From the sequence record PZ179883.1: a DNA stretch of 64,000 nt; one strand, 5' to 3'. How positions within the stretch are numbered: the first letter of the stretch is position 1; each line of letters begins with the position of its first letter. Shown piece by piece: positions 1 to 9,165 of the stretch. The notes under the pieces were generated by a model. That model saw nothing but the letters and a program-made list of their open reading frames with translations, ran no database searches and was not told the DNA's origin. The stretch comes from a phage. Both the position numbers and the translations under genes were made by a program.

Positions 1-417
1 GCGCATGATGTCAGGAATAGCACCTACATCTGGCATTTTCTTATTTCGTTTTTCCGGAGGAAGCTCAGCATTAGTTTGAATTTCGATTATTTTAGACGTA
101 GCATTAAACATCGCCCTTTGCTGAACATATTTTTCTGTTTCTTTTACTAACCAACTGTGGTCTTCTGGAGAATCGGCTAGTTTTGAAATAAGTGTTTTTA
201 CACCAGAATATTCTGTTTCAGTAAATGAACTATTTTCTAATGCAACATTTAACGCATTAATAGATGGAACGCTATGGTACTCATTAACATGAGATTTGAT
301 TAATTTGAATGTATTTTTAGCTGGACCACTTTCAAAATATTCTGAATCCATATATGGCCAAACTTTTGAAAAATAAGCTTGATCAAATATGAGATGAGAA
401 AGAATAATTTCTACCAC
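1..417 (-). CDS. 41: Replicative DNA helicase gp41, N-terminal part; gene runs off the window start; apparent GTG start
   Basis: Minus-strand translation from ~417 reads VVEIILSHLIFDQAYFSKVWPYMDSEYFESGPAKNTF, matching the T4 gp41 N-terminus as I recall it; lies downstream of gene 40 as in T4. Not in the ORF track (partial, non-ATG start). Confidence 0.8.
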   Translation of the reverse strand, partial: MVEIILSHLIFDQAYFSKVWPYMDSEYFESGPAKNTFKLIKSHVNEYHSVPSINALNVALENSSFTETEYSGVKTLISKLADSPEDHSWLVKETEKYVQQRAMFNATSKIIEIQTNAELPPEKRNKKMPDVGAIPDIMR

Positions 418-426
418 ACTTACTCC

Positions 427-789
427 TTAAAAGAATTTAAATTTTTTCTTTGACCTTTTATTAAATGCATCTTGTAGTTGCATTGTAATACATTTTTCTA
501 CATGAGGAGCTAACTCAGCTTTTCTTTCTTGGTCAAGAACAGCAAAGTCCATTACGACTTTTCCATCAACCCAATCTAATTTTGTCACATACACAATGTG
601 TGTAGAACCATCTTCTAGTTTAATGACAATCTCCTGGATAACATTTTCCATGGCAGATTTAATTATCTTAAGAGATTCATTAAAAAGACGTTCTTTTCTT
701 TCTTCTTCCCCCTCCGAAGAGGGGGATTCGTCAATAATTTCTAGATCTAAATCTAAATCATCTTTATTCATTAAATTCTTCCATATCAC
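427..789 (-). CDS. 40: gp40 head vertex assembly chaperone (by synteny)
   Basis: 120 aa ORF between uvsX and 41, the T4 position of gene 40; acidic N-terminus. Confidence 0.6.
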   Translation of the reverse strand: MIWKNLMNKDDLDLDLEIIDESPSSEGEEERKERLFNESLKIIKSAMENVIQEIVIKLEDGSTHIVYVTKLDWVDGKVVMDFAVLDQERKAELAPHVEKCITMQLQDAFNKRSKKKFKFF

Positions 790-1945
790 TTAACTGATCT
801 AGGTCAGTTTCTAAATCAGCAGCTGATTTACTTTTACTTTCTGGGGATTTAAATTTTTCAACCTTTGAGTTAATTAATTCATCAACTTCAGCTTCAACAA
901 TTTCATTACTATCAATAGCGCCTAATTGATAAGCACGTTTAATAGCATCCCGGAATGGTTGATGCTTAAATAAAGGACCCCAAAATGTAGTGCAATTGGT
1001 ATCTTTTGCACGCCAAGATTTTTCTTCGCGAATCATCTCGCCGGTTTCTTCATCAAGAAATTCACGAGCATACCAGCCATTTTTAGGTTTTACTACAAAT
1101 CCTAATTCAAGGGCCATATCTAATAATCCAGAATAAGGATCGATGCCACCATCAAATTTAACATCAATAAAGAATTTACTTTTTTCTTTGACGGTACGAG
1201 ATTTTTCTACATTTAGAACAAATTGATACCCCTGAAGATCAGAACCATCTTTAATCTGACGTTTACCGATAATGAATACAGTATCAGCCGAATACATTAC
1301 GCCTGTACCACCTGTCATCACGGTTTTACTAAACATTTCAATTGTTTCAATTGTATGGTTAACCGCAACACACGGAATGTTTTTAATACTAAAATAAGGA
1401 GTAACAATACGGAATAATGACTTCAGTGATTTAGCACGAGTCATATCTGCCACAGATTTTTCATTCAAGGCATCTTCCGTTTCTTTCTTAGAAGCCATAT
1501 TACCAATTGAGTCGATGAATACAATAACTTTTTCACCGCGCTCAATAGCTTCAAGCTGATTCACCATATCAATTTTCAGCTGTTCAACTGACTGGATTGG
1601 TGTATGAATTACTCGTTCCGGGTCAACTCCCATGGATCGCAAATAAGCTGGAGTGATACCAAATTCGCTATCATAAAATAGACAAACCGCATCAGGATAT
1701 TTGTTCAAATATGCCGCAACCATAGTCAAAGACATATTTGATTTAAAGTGTTTAGAAGGACCTGCGAAAATAGTTAAACCAGACTGCATACCGCCATCAA
1801 TCGCACCGGAAATAGCGATATTAAGCATTGGGATTTTTGTACGGATTACATCCTTTTCATTAAAGAACTTAGATGTAGTCAGTTCAGCAGTCATTTTAGA
1901 AGTGGAAGCTTTAATCAAACGGGATTTTAAATCTGCAATAGACAT
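764..1945 (-). CDS. uvsX: UvsX RecA-like recombinase
   Basis: 393 aa beginning MSIADLKSRLIKASTSKMTAELTTSKFFNEKDV, near-identical to T4 UvsX; RecA fold Walker motifs. Confidence 0.95.
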   Translation of the reverse strand: MSIADLKSRLIKASTSKMTAELTTSKFFNEKDVIRTKIPMLNIAISGAIDGGMQSGLTIFAGPSKHFKSNMSLTMVAAYLNKYPDAVCLFYDSEFGITPAYLRSMGVDPERVIHTPIQSVEQLKIDMVNQLEAIERGEKVIVFIDSIGNMASKKETEDALNEKSVADMTRAKSLKSLFRIVTPYFSIKNIPCVAVNHTIETIEMFSKTVMTGGTGVMYSADTVFIIGKRQIKDGSDLQGYQFVLNVEKSRTVKEKSKFFIDVKFDGGIDPYSGLLDMALELGFVVKPKNGWYAREFLDEETGEMIREEKSWRAKDTNCTTFWGPLFKHQPFRDAIKRAYQLGAIDSNEIVEAEVDELINSKVEKFKSPESKSKSAADLETDLDQLSDMEEFNE

Positions 1946-2022
1946 TCATTTTTTCCATAGGCATCATTATATTTTCCTCACTGGTTAAAGATAGAATAAT
2001 TATAACACAATAAATTTAGGCA

Positions 2023-2865
2023 TTAATCAACTGCTATTGGATGAATAGCATTAAACTTATGAAATGCTTCTGATTTTTCTTTACGCGAAACACACATGCG
2101 AAGAACCTTTAATGGCTCGTCTTCTTCACCCAACGATTTTCGTTTTTCAATATTCGATGTTTTCCAACGAGCTTGCTCTGGAAACTCTCTATTGATTTGC
2201 TCAAGCGCTCTATTATGTTTAGAATTACTACGAATTGAACTACATCCACCGGGAGCGTGTGATTTTCCAGATACAACTAGATATTTGAACAAGGCCAAAT
2301 GCGGATAACCTTGATTAATTAAATTGAGAAATGCATACATATCTTCGCATAAATCAATTTTTCCATACCCAATTTGTTCTGTCGTAAGTTTTCCGAGGTC
2401 ATACCATGTATTCGTGAATCCATATGAGTTTTCACGATAATTACCCCAAGATGAAGTAATTTTAAAAATTGGTAGACGAGCATGACCGTGATAATACCCG
2501 CAATCCATGGCATCTTCAACATATTGAATCAATTCATAGAACTGTTCACGAGTTAATTGATTAATTTTATCTACACGCCGTTTATCGTCTCTCTTTCGTA
2601 TTGAACTCATACGAATAGTAGTATCATCATCAATCATCCAGATTCGTTGACCTGCATACATATCAGTAATTGCTTTACGAGTACCAGCAATTCCATTAAC
2701 ATCATCAGGAATAGTTATAATTTTAGCTCTAGACCCATAAGCGTCATAATAAGCTTTTTCTTCGTGTTTACGTACTACAATATGAGGTTCATAATCAGTT
2801 GGAAACATATCAAGGGCAGAAACTGCCCCTACACGCTGATAACTTGGAATTACGAATTGAATCAT
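2023..2865 (-). CDS. Glycosyltransferase at the beta-gt locus; not T4 beta-gt-like, possibly a T2/T6-type beta-glucosyl-HMC-alpha-glucosyltransferase
   Basis: 280 aa ORF occupying the uvsX-to-42 interval where T4 has beta-gt; sequence does not resemble T4 beta-gt as I recall it. Assignment is by position. Confidence 0.5.
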   Translation of the reverse strand: MIQFVIPSYQRVGAVSALDMFPTDYEPHIVVRKHEEKAYYDAYGSRAKIITIPDDVNGIAGTRKAITDMYAGQRIWMIDDDTTIRMSSIRKRDDKRRVDKINQLTREQFYELIQYVEDAMDCGYYHGHARLPIFKITSSWGNYRENSYGFTNTWYDLGKLTTEQIGYGKIDLCEDMYAFLNLINQGYPHLALFKYLVVSGKSHAPGGCSSIRSNSKHNRALEQINREFPEQARWKTSNIEKRKSLGEEDEPLKVLRMCVSRKEKSEAFHKFNAIHPIAVD

Positions 2866-3503
2866 TTAAGTGCCTTACATTTGTCAAAATGGTATCTTGT
2901 CATATTTGGCCCACGTCCTTTTAGTCCGCAATGCGGACATATTTTTTCTATCAAATTATGAGGTTTTCCTTTACGATTTTTAGACATCGTTTCTTTAATT
3001 ATTTTAGCTTTTTCTACGCCAAAAATTTCTTCATAAGTTTTACCAGAATTTTCCTTGGCTCGATTTATAATTCCATATGCCTGCTCATTTTTACCATACA
3101 TTGGATTACCTTCGCCTTTCATTCTTTTAGAATGATCAGGACGCTTGATTCCACGAAAGGCATTTCCGCACTTATATCTTTCTTCTGGAGATAGTTTTTT
3201 ACCGTACATTCCATTTAATTTGCCTGGAAAACTTCCTCCCCATGCTTCATTCTTTAAATTATATGAATCCGGACAATTAGCAGCATCTAAACAAGTTAAA
3301 ATAATTTCTTCAACCTGTCTAAACATTGGTCCTTCATATAATATTTCTTTATTAAAGGATTTTATTCCATATTTCTTTTTAGCATGTTGCCAAACTACAC
3401 CCGAACCATCATAATTCGGGTTGTGACCATCATGACTTCCTATATACCACTTTTTAGTTTTAGGATGTTTATACTTATAAACATGTGGCACATTTACTTC
3501 CAT
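2862..3503 (-). mobile_element. Free-standing GIY-YIG homing endonuclease with C-terminal zinc-finger region
   Basis: N-terminus VYKYKHPKTKKWYIGS fits the GIY-(10 aa)-YIG motif; repeated NPMYGK-type motifs; CPHC...HFDKC zinc-finger-like C-terminus; 4 nt and 10 nt overlaps with flanking genes. Confidence 0.7.
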
Positions 3504-4234
3504 TTTCCAGTATAATCCTTTTTAGCAATATGAGTCTCACCGGTGTTCCACCAATGGTCAACTAAATAAAACTGATTTTCGTACACATGAAGACTTCCAA
3601 CGTTCCATATAATAGAACCTGCTTTATATTGCCGCGATGGGTCGCCTGCATTCAAATCAGATACTAATTTATCTAGTACGTATTTTTGCCAAGCATAATC
3701 ATTACGATAGCCTGCCCAGCAATCATTGCTTCTCATGCTAACAACCGCATTGACTTTCTTATCACGAATCAGGTACTGTACTGTATTCGTACACATGAAA
3801 TCTGACATACCATCTTTATTGTAGTCAAACTGCATAGATGGACGAGTATAAATCATGATACCACGTCGAGAATCAGGATTTTGACCAAGTTCAGCTAAAC
3901 ACATATCATACTGGGCATAGTTATCTTCTGACCAGATGGCCCAACCATAATTCGAGTTAATTTCGCCTTTAGAAGATGCTACCTGCTGCCAAATCTTTGG
4001 TGTTTCACCTGGAATATCTTTAACAAACAAACTTTGAGACTTATACCATTCAAGTTCACGCTGAATGTATTCATCATTAAGAGCGCCAAAAATAAACGGT
4101 TCATCTGCTACAAATGATGCGCCAATAATTTCAATAGTTTTAACGCCAGTTTTATCAACTACGAAATCTTTTTCTTTTAATGCAAGCCCCAAATGAAGAC
4201 GGATTTCTTCAACTGTCATAGAGTCACTAATCAT
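3494..4234 (-). CDS. 42: dCMP hydroxymethylase gp42
   Basis: 246 aa, same length as T4 gp42; thymidylate-synthase-like fold motifs. Confidence 0.95.
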   Translation of the reverse strand: MISDSMTVEEIRLHLGLALKEKDFVVDKTGVKTIEIIGASFVADEPFIFGALNDEYIQRELEWYKSQSLFVKDIPGETPKIWQQVASSKGEINSNYGWAIWSEDNYAQYDMCLAELGQNPDSRRGIMIYTRPSMQFDYNKDGMSDFMCTNTVQYLIRDKKVNAVVSMRSNDCWAGYRNDYAWQKYVLDKLVSDLNAGDPSRQYKAGSIIWNVGSLHVYENQFYLVDHWWNTGETHIAKKDYTGKWK

Positions 4235-4387
4235 TTAAACCTCAATTGATACATTCATATTTAACTTGTAACAGTAATAAACCCCAACCTAAAATAATAG
4301 TTGGAATCATAAGAGGAACCGTTACACTATAGTATATACTTATTATAATCATCAAGATTAAAAGCAACACTGCTATAATTTTGCTTT

Positions 4388-4639
4388 TCATTCCTTCTCT
4401 CTGATGATAATTACTTGATTTGGCTGTGCAGACTTTTTAGTTTCACCAGCAATTGACCAAATAAATGTAATAAACCAACCAATGATTGACCAGTTAAACA
4501 GTAAAGATGTAAAAAAGATTCCTACTGTCGATTTTGACCCACGCATCAAGGCAATGAACCAAGGAAGCATGTATATAATAATAGCCAACACACCTGAAAC
4601 TAAAACCATAAAAATTGAACCTGCTACTAAAGTTTCCAT
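4388..4639 (-). CDS. imm: Imm superinfection immunity membrane protein
   Basis: 83 aa with two hydrophobic helices; between 42 and 43 as in T4. Confidence 0.7.
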   Translation of the reverse strand: METLVAGSIFMVLVSGVLAIIIYMLPWFIALMRGSKSTVGIFFTSLLFNWSIIGWFITFIWSIAGETKKSAQPNQVIIIREKE

Positions 4640-4646
4640 GTTTTCC

Positions 4647-5027
4647 TCACTTAGTCAAATTTTTTACGCATGAATTATAAGAATTTACTACATACTCAAT
4701 CGGAGCATTTTTACCAGTACGCCATTGATAATTATTAGCCCAATTAGCCCAAAGTTCGGCACAGTAACTTTCAATTTTTTCTTCACGTGTAATCACATCT
4801 GAATTACGATATGCTTGAGCAGATTCATCTGGACGAATAGCTTCGTCAAAATTCGCCTGCATTTGTTCTACTGTCTGTTTTGGAGCTTCTTTATAACACT
4901 TAACATTAGGATTATAAAATTTGCTTGAACAGTTTACAATTTTTCGTACATCAGACTGATTTACTACTGGTCCTTGAGCTACACAGCCAGTAAGACCCAA
5001 TGCAATAACCAAAATAGCGATTTTCAT
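4647..5027 (-). CDS. Predicted lipoprotein (lipobox LTGC)
   Basis: N-terminus MKIAILVIALGLTGC is a classic signal peptide plus lipobox; lies between imm and 43, where I recall no gene in T4. Confidence 0.6.
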   Translation of the reverse strand: MKIAILVIALGLTGCVAQGPVVNQSDVRKIVNCSSKFYNPNVKCYKEAPKQTVEQMQANFDEAIRPDESAQAYRNSDVITREEKIESYCAELWANWANNYQWRTGKNAPIEYVVNSYNSCVKNLTK

Positions 5028-5037
5028 AATAATTTCC

Positions 5038-5274
5038 TCAAATACAAGTAGTAATTACTCCAGTAGTGCTTACACAGGTATTACCTAATTGAACACCCAG
5101 CGTTCCATTAGTATTCATATGAAGATTATCATCAATTTTTGTTGATACTTTACCATTCATGCGAATAACAGTATTAGATTCAATCACATTCTGAGTGTCA
5201 TTTTCAATATCAATAAATGGAACAGCTGCTAATGCAACTAAACACGCTGCTAAACAACCATAAACAATTTTCAT
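5038..5274 (-). CDS. Small secreted protein (about 78 aa) with N-terminal signal peptide
   Basis: Internal start MKIVYGCLAACLVALAAV with GGAG Shine-Dalgarno; the longer ORF-track version (5038..5463) reads through an early promoter and is likely artefactual. Confidence 0.5.
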   Translation of the reverse strand: MKIVYGCLAACLVALAAVPFIDIENDTQNVIESNTVIRMNGKVSTKIDDNLHMNTNGTLGVQLGNTCVSTTGVITTCI

Positions 5275-5304
5275 TTTATTCTCCAAATCCGTATCAGTTG
5301 ATAA

Positions 5305-5360
5305 TTGTATAGTACCACGGAAGAACAGGGATGTAAACCATTTTGTGAAAAAATTTTTAA
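5305..5360 (-). promoter_or_regulatory. T4-type early promoter (TTTACA-N17-TACTAT with A/T-rich UP element)
   Basis: Minus strand -35 at about 5332-5337, -10 at about 5309-5314; upstream of the small secreted-protein gene. Confidence 0.6.
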
Positions 5361-5426
5361 TGAATTCCAGAGGTCCAGAATCATCTATTTTTCCTAAGTA
5401 TAGATTTATATTACTTGTATGAAAAA

Positions 5427-5442
5427 GGGACCCGGAGGTCCC
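5427..5442 (-). terminator. GC-rich tetraloop hairpin followed by a T-run (terminator/RNA stabiliser)
   Basis: gggacc-cgga-ggtccc with T-run on the minus strand; just 3-prime of gene 43. Confidence 0.55.
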
Positions 5443-5455
5443 TAGATTTATTCTA

Positions 5456-8152
5456 TCAGCCAAACAGGAAGTCTAACGAAGCTTTTTCCTCATAGTCCAT
5501 ACCCGCCGATTCACACATACCCGCAAGCGGTTTAACAAACGATTTTTGGAACAAAGTTGAGTAGTCAATCCAAGACAGTACATCAGAACGAATTTCTTTT
5601 GGAAGTTCCGTACCCGATGGCCAAGCAATGCACTTGTCACCAAATGGATTTCCCTCACGTAATGGAAGAACCATTACCTTATTTCCATCCAAAATTGGAG
5701 CTACACCTAAACCGCTAACAGCTCGACGATAAGTTAGCACCCCACGAATGTGGAACGGGCATTTAAATCCTGGCCAACCTTTATCGTCATATTTCGCTAT
5801 ATCGTTCGCAGTTTTTACTTCAGCAATAACTTTATAGTCAAGTTGACGATATTCTTTCTCAAAGTTCTTATAGTATTCTTGGACAGACTCTTCACCTTCC
5901 TGAAGAATGCGACGAATACTTTCTTCGAGAGCTTCTTGTACTGCTTTTGGTGTTGAACTCTGCTGAGTTTCCATACCCATGATTTTTAGATGTGGTTCAG
6001 CAAATCGTTTATCTTCCATATCATAAACGTTCAGAGCATAACGTTTTTTCGCTTTCCAAAATCCACCAACACCCTTTGAACCAAGCGGAGGACAAGAAAT
6101 AGCTTCACGGTCCATATGCATCAGATGCTCGCGGTTATTCATATAATCACATAACTCACGATATGCAACATCAATCATAGGTTCCATCTTTTTCTTACCA
6201 AACTGATTCATGAATTCAACTAAATCATTTTGTTCTTTAAAGCGATCAAGACCTACTTTTTCAATAACTTTATCTACACAAACATATACCGAATCAGTAT
6301 CACCCGCTGCGATGAAATCTTCGCCATTAGTTCCACACACCTTATTCAAGTATTCATTAATTTTACGAGCAATCCACTGAATACCAACTTGACCAAAAAT
6401 TGTGATAGCAGTAGCATTTCGCAAATCATAATAACGGAAATGAATATTACCAAGAGCACCATAAAGACTGTTGATAAGAATTTTACGGTTTAGCTGATTT
6501 GTGTTAGCAAGAGTAGCTGCTTTTTCACATTCTTCAATCAGACTATTAAGAACAGATTCGGTGTAATTCGATAATTCATTTAAGAAATCATCATTGAACT
6601 TAACATATCGTTCAACTTCTGGTTTAGTTGAACAAGACCCTGCACCTTTCATAATAATCTTTTTAATAGCTTCGGCATTCATTTCTTCGGCGAACATTTT
6701 CTTTTTCCAATCTTTACGCTGGAAAAATACTTTAGCGATTTCCTTTGGAATGATACCTTCTTGGTGCTTATCATACATCCATCCATTCGGAGAGCAAGAA
6801 TATTCATCACTTGGCTTAGGAGCTGTTCCTGCGATGTATTCATGAATTGGATGAACTTTGAACTGACCACGAATAGTTTCAGGACTAATGTTAACCTGAC
6901 GAATAATGCTAGGATACAGAGACGTCAAGTCAAAACTCATAATGTATCGACGGGCAATCGCTTTAGGTTCAAACACAAATGCACCTGGAAAACTTTGTTT
7001 AACGTGCGAACCTTGTTGAGGAATAACCTTGTGTTCACCTTTCAATGAGTTAAAAATAATAGCATCCCAAGTTTTAATAGGACTCATTACACCAGAAAAA
7101 GGCATTTTAGCGTAATAAGACATACTTAAAACTAGATCGATAAACCCACGAATTTTATCAATTGCTTGAACTGATTCTACGTCAATGATGTTATAACTAA
7201 TGTATCGTTGATGATTAGTCTCACGAAGTTTATTAATAGGACCGTCGTATGGTAATTTACCTTTTTTGGTTTCATGTTGAGCAACTGATTCCAAAGAGAA
7301 TGATGGCAAATTAGTAAATGCGAATTTTTTGTACAAATCTAAATAATCAAGAATAGATACGCCATCAATAGAATAAATTTCTTTGCTACCGTACATATTT
7401 TGAATTAGTTTAGATTTTACTCGACCGATTGGGGAGAAGCGTTTCATACTGCGTTCGCCCAGAACCATTTTAACGCGATTCATGATATACGGAACGTCAA
7501 ATCCCTCAATATTCCAACCGGTAAAAATAGCAGGTCGTTTCTGTTCCCAGAGATTAATATATTCCATGAGCATATCACGCTCATTATCAAATGGCATATA
7601 AATTACTCGGTCAAGAATTTCTTGAGGAACTTCATCACCACCTTCACAGTCAAGCTTAGCAGCTAACTTTGCATCCCATTTTGATACTGAACCGTACATT
7701 GAATTCAAAAGGTCGAAAACATAAAAACGATCATCAATTGAATCGTAATGAGTGATAGCATCAATTTCATATTCAGCTTTCATTGGGTCAGGAAATTTAT
7801 CACCAGTAACCTCAATGTCACAGTTAGCTACACGAACAAATTTTCGGTCATAAACAATTTCTGAACCATACGTATCACTGATATAAGCGAGTTTAAAATC
7901 GTTCATACCGAGAGCTTCGAGACCGATGTCTTCCATTCGCTTCATCCAATCTCGAGCATCTTTCATTGATGGAAATTTTTGAGGAGCGCAGTTTTTACCG
8001 TAGATGTCTTTGTATTTTGACTCTTCCTTACAATGCCTAAACATAGTTGGAAGATATTCTACTTCACGAGTACGTTCCTTTCCGTTTTCATCAATATAAC
8101 GTTCAACAATATTATTTCCGACTGTTTCGATAGAGATATAAAATTCTTTCAT
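5456..8152 (-). CDS. 43: DNA polymerase gp43 (family B)
   Basis: 898 aa, T4 gp43 length; exonuclease and polymerase motifs (for example DTDS); preceded by the gp43 translational operator hairpin. Confidence 0.97.
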   Translation of the reverse strand: MKEFYISIETVGNNIVERYIDENGKERTREVEYLPTMFRHCKEESKYKDIYGKNCAPQKFPSMKDARDWMKRMEDIGLEALGMNDFKLAYISDTYGSEIVYDRKFVRVANCDIEVTGDKFPDPMKAEYEIDAITHYDSIDDRFYVFDLLNSMYGSVSKWDAKLAAKLDCEGGDEVPQEILDRVIYMPFDNERDMLMEYINLWEQKRPAIFTGWNIEGFDVPYIMNRVKMVLGERSMKRFSPIGRVKSKLIQNMYGSKEIYSIDGVSILDYLDLYKKFAFTNLPSFSLESVAQHETKKGKLPYDGPINKLRETNHQRYISYNIIDVESVQAIDKIRGFIDLVLSMSYYAKMPFSGVMSPIKTWDAIIFNSLKGEHKVIPQQGSHVKQSFPGAFVFEPKAIARRYIMSFDLTSLYPSIIRQVNISPETIRGQFKVHPIHEYIAGTAPKPSDEYSCSPNGWMYDKHQEGIIPKEIAKVFFQRKDWKKKMFAEEMNAEAIKKIIMKGAGSCSTKPEVERYVKFNDDFLNELSNYTESVLNSLIEECEKAATLANTNQLNRKILINSLYGALGNIHFRYYDLRNATAITIFGQVGIQWIARKINEYLNKVCGTNGEDFIAAGDTDSVYVCVDKVIEKVGLDRFKEQNDLVEFMNQFGKKKMEPMIDVAYRELCDYMNNREHLMHMDREAISCPPLGSKGVGGFWKAKKRYALNVYDMEDKRFAEPHLKIMGMETQQSSTPKAVQEALEESIRRILQEGEESVQEYYKNFEKEYRQLDYKVIAEVKTANDIAKYDDKGWPGFKCPFHIRGVLTYRRAVSGLGVAPILDGNKVMVLPLREGNPFGDKCIAWPSGTELPKEIRSDVLSWIDYSTLFQKSFVKPLAGMCESAGMDYEEKASLDFLFG

Positions 8153-8192
8153 AGATATTCCTTAGTTTATAGCCCGAGTTATTAGGCTCTTG
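8153..8192 (-). promoter_or_regulatory. Gene 43 translational operator (autoregulatory gp43-binding hairpin plus Shine-Dalgarno)
   Basis: Minus strand reads GAGCC-UAAUAACU-CGGGCU then AUAAACUAAGGAAUAUCUAUG, the classic T4 gp43 operator hairpin and loop. Confidence 0.85.
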
Positions 8193-8210
8193 ATATATTA
8201 TACTCCAAAT

Positions 8211-8228
8211 AAGGGGCCGAAGCCCCTT
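8211..8228 (-). terminator. C(UUCG)G tetraloop hairpin between regA and 43
   Basis: Minus-strand RNA GGGGC-UUCG-GCCCC. Confidence 0.6.
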
Positions 8229-8230
8229 GC

Positions 8231-8599
8231 TTAATTACCAATCGTATATTTGGGAACGAGTTTCCATTCATGTTTTTGTTTAAAAGAAATAACTCGGAAG
8301 TTATTAGTTAAATCTTTCATAAAAGTTCTTTGACCAGGAACGATTTCAATCAGTCCCCAATCTTCTAACAGCCATGCAATCGAATCACGACGAACTTCAT
8401 CTTCTTCTGTCATTTCAACTTGACGGCCATCCATACGAAGCATTTCTTTAAAATGAACGATATAGTATAGTCCTTTTTTCTGGAGAATATGACAGGATTG
8501 ATACAGAACTTTATCTTTATTATTAGCAATTCCCATGCGAGTCAAGGTTTCTTTAACTTTCAGAAAATCTTCAGGTTTTTTAAGAGTAATTTCAATCAT
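8231..8599 (-). CDS. regA: RegA translational repressor
   Basis: 122 aa, matches T4 RegA length and position upstream of 43. Confidence 0.9.
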   Translation of the reverse strand: MIEITLKKPEDFLKVKETLTRMGIANNKDKVLYQSCHILQKKGLYYIVHFKEMLRMDGRQVEMTEEDEVRRDSIAWLLEDWGLIEIVPGQRTFMKDLTNNFRVISFKQKHEWKLVPKYTIGN

Positions 8600-8600
8600 T

Positions 8601-9164
8601 TTACCATTCCAATGCTAGTTTTTTGAGTTGTTTCTGTTCTTTTACGTTCTTAGTCACTTCTTTCAAAAAATCATCCGTGACTAAACCTTTTAGTTCTTTT
8701 AATACTAAAGGAAGTTTTCCATTTTTAGTAAGAATTGATTTATAGTTAATTGCATCATTTGTATTAACTTGATACCGCTTAGCAAGTAACTTAATAATCA
8801 ATACTTCAGTAGAATCTTCAACCAGTTTTGCCCATTTACCATATCTTTTACCCCGAGGAACAGCAGCCATCAGATAATTAAAATGGGCTTCATCGCTTAA
8901 ACCTGATCCAATTAAATTCATAGCATATACAGCTGGCATGCACTCAGGAAATTGTGATAATGCATTCTCAACCATGTATTTTGAATAATCTTTTTGAGCA
9001 ATAGAGCATTTAGTTTTATTATTGATAGCCCCAATTATTTCAAAAAACTCATTTTCAGCTTTTTCTTTAAAAGAATCAGCAGCAGATTGGACAGCTGTCC
9101 AATCTTTTGAATACCAAGCAACTTGATGCTCGTTTAATTGAATATCATCTTCAAATAAGCTCAT
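8601..9164 (-). CDS. 62: Clamp loader subunit gp62
   Basis: 187 aa, T4 gp62 length; synteny. Confidence 0.9.
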   Translation of the reverse strand: MSLFEDDIQLNEHQVAWYSKDWTAVQSAADSFKEKAENEFFEIIGAINNKTKCSIAQKDYSKYMVENALSQFPECMPAVYAMNLIGSGLSDEAHFNYLMAAVPRGKRYGKWAKLVEDSTEVLIIKLLAKRYQVNTNDAINYKSILTKNGKLPLVLKELKGLVTDDFLKEVTKNVKEQKQLKKLALEW

Positions 9165-9165
9165 A

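Noticed and set aside
596-793. Plus-strand ORFs lying inside minus-strand genes across 1-54700 (for example 596..793, 1223..1417, 5750..5956, 6230..7048, 9931..10152, 12599..12982, 24978..25238, 40408..41001)
   Set aside because: They are antisense to well-supported conserved genes, have no Shine-Dalgarno or promoter context, and are typical AT-rich antisense open frames.
1946-2022. Possible middle (MotA-dependent) promoter upstream of uvsX
   Set aside because: Two alternative -10 candidates (TATAAT at about 1966 and about 1997) and no clean TGCTT MotA box at -30; too ambiguous to annotate.
5275-5463. N-terminal extensions of ORF-track entries 5038..5463, 46046..46429, 47228..47878 and 31660..31878, including the repeated NFFTK-FTSLFF-GTIQLST peptide
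   Set aside because: The extensions read through early promoter or terminator repeats; the shared peptide is a translation of the conserved promoter DNA, and internal Met codons with Shine-Dalgarno sequences give more plausible starts.
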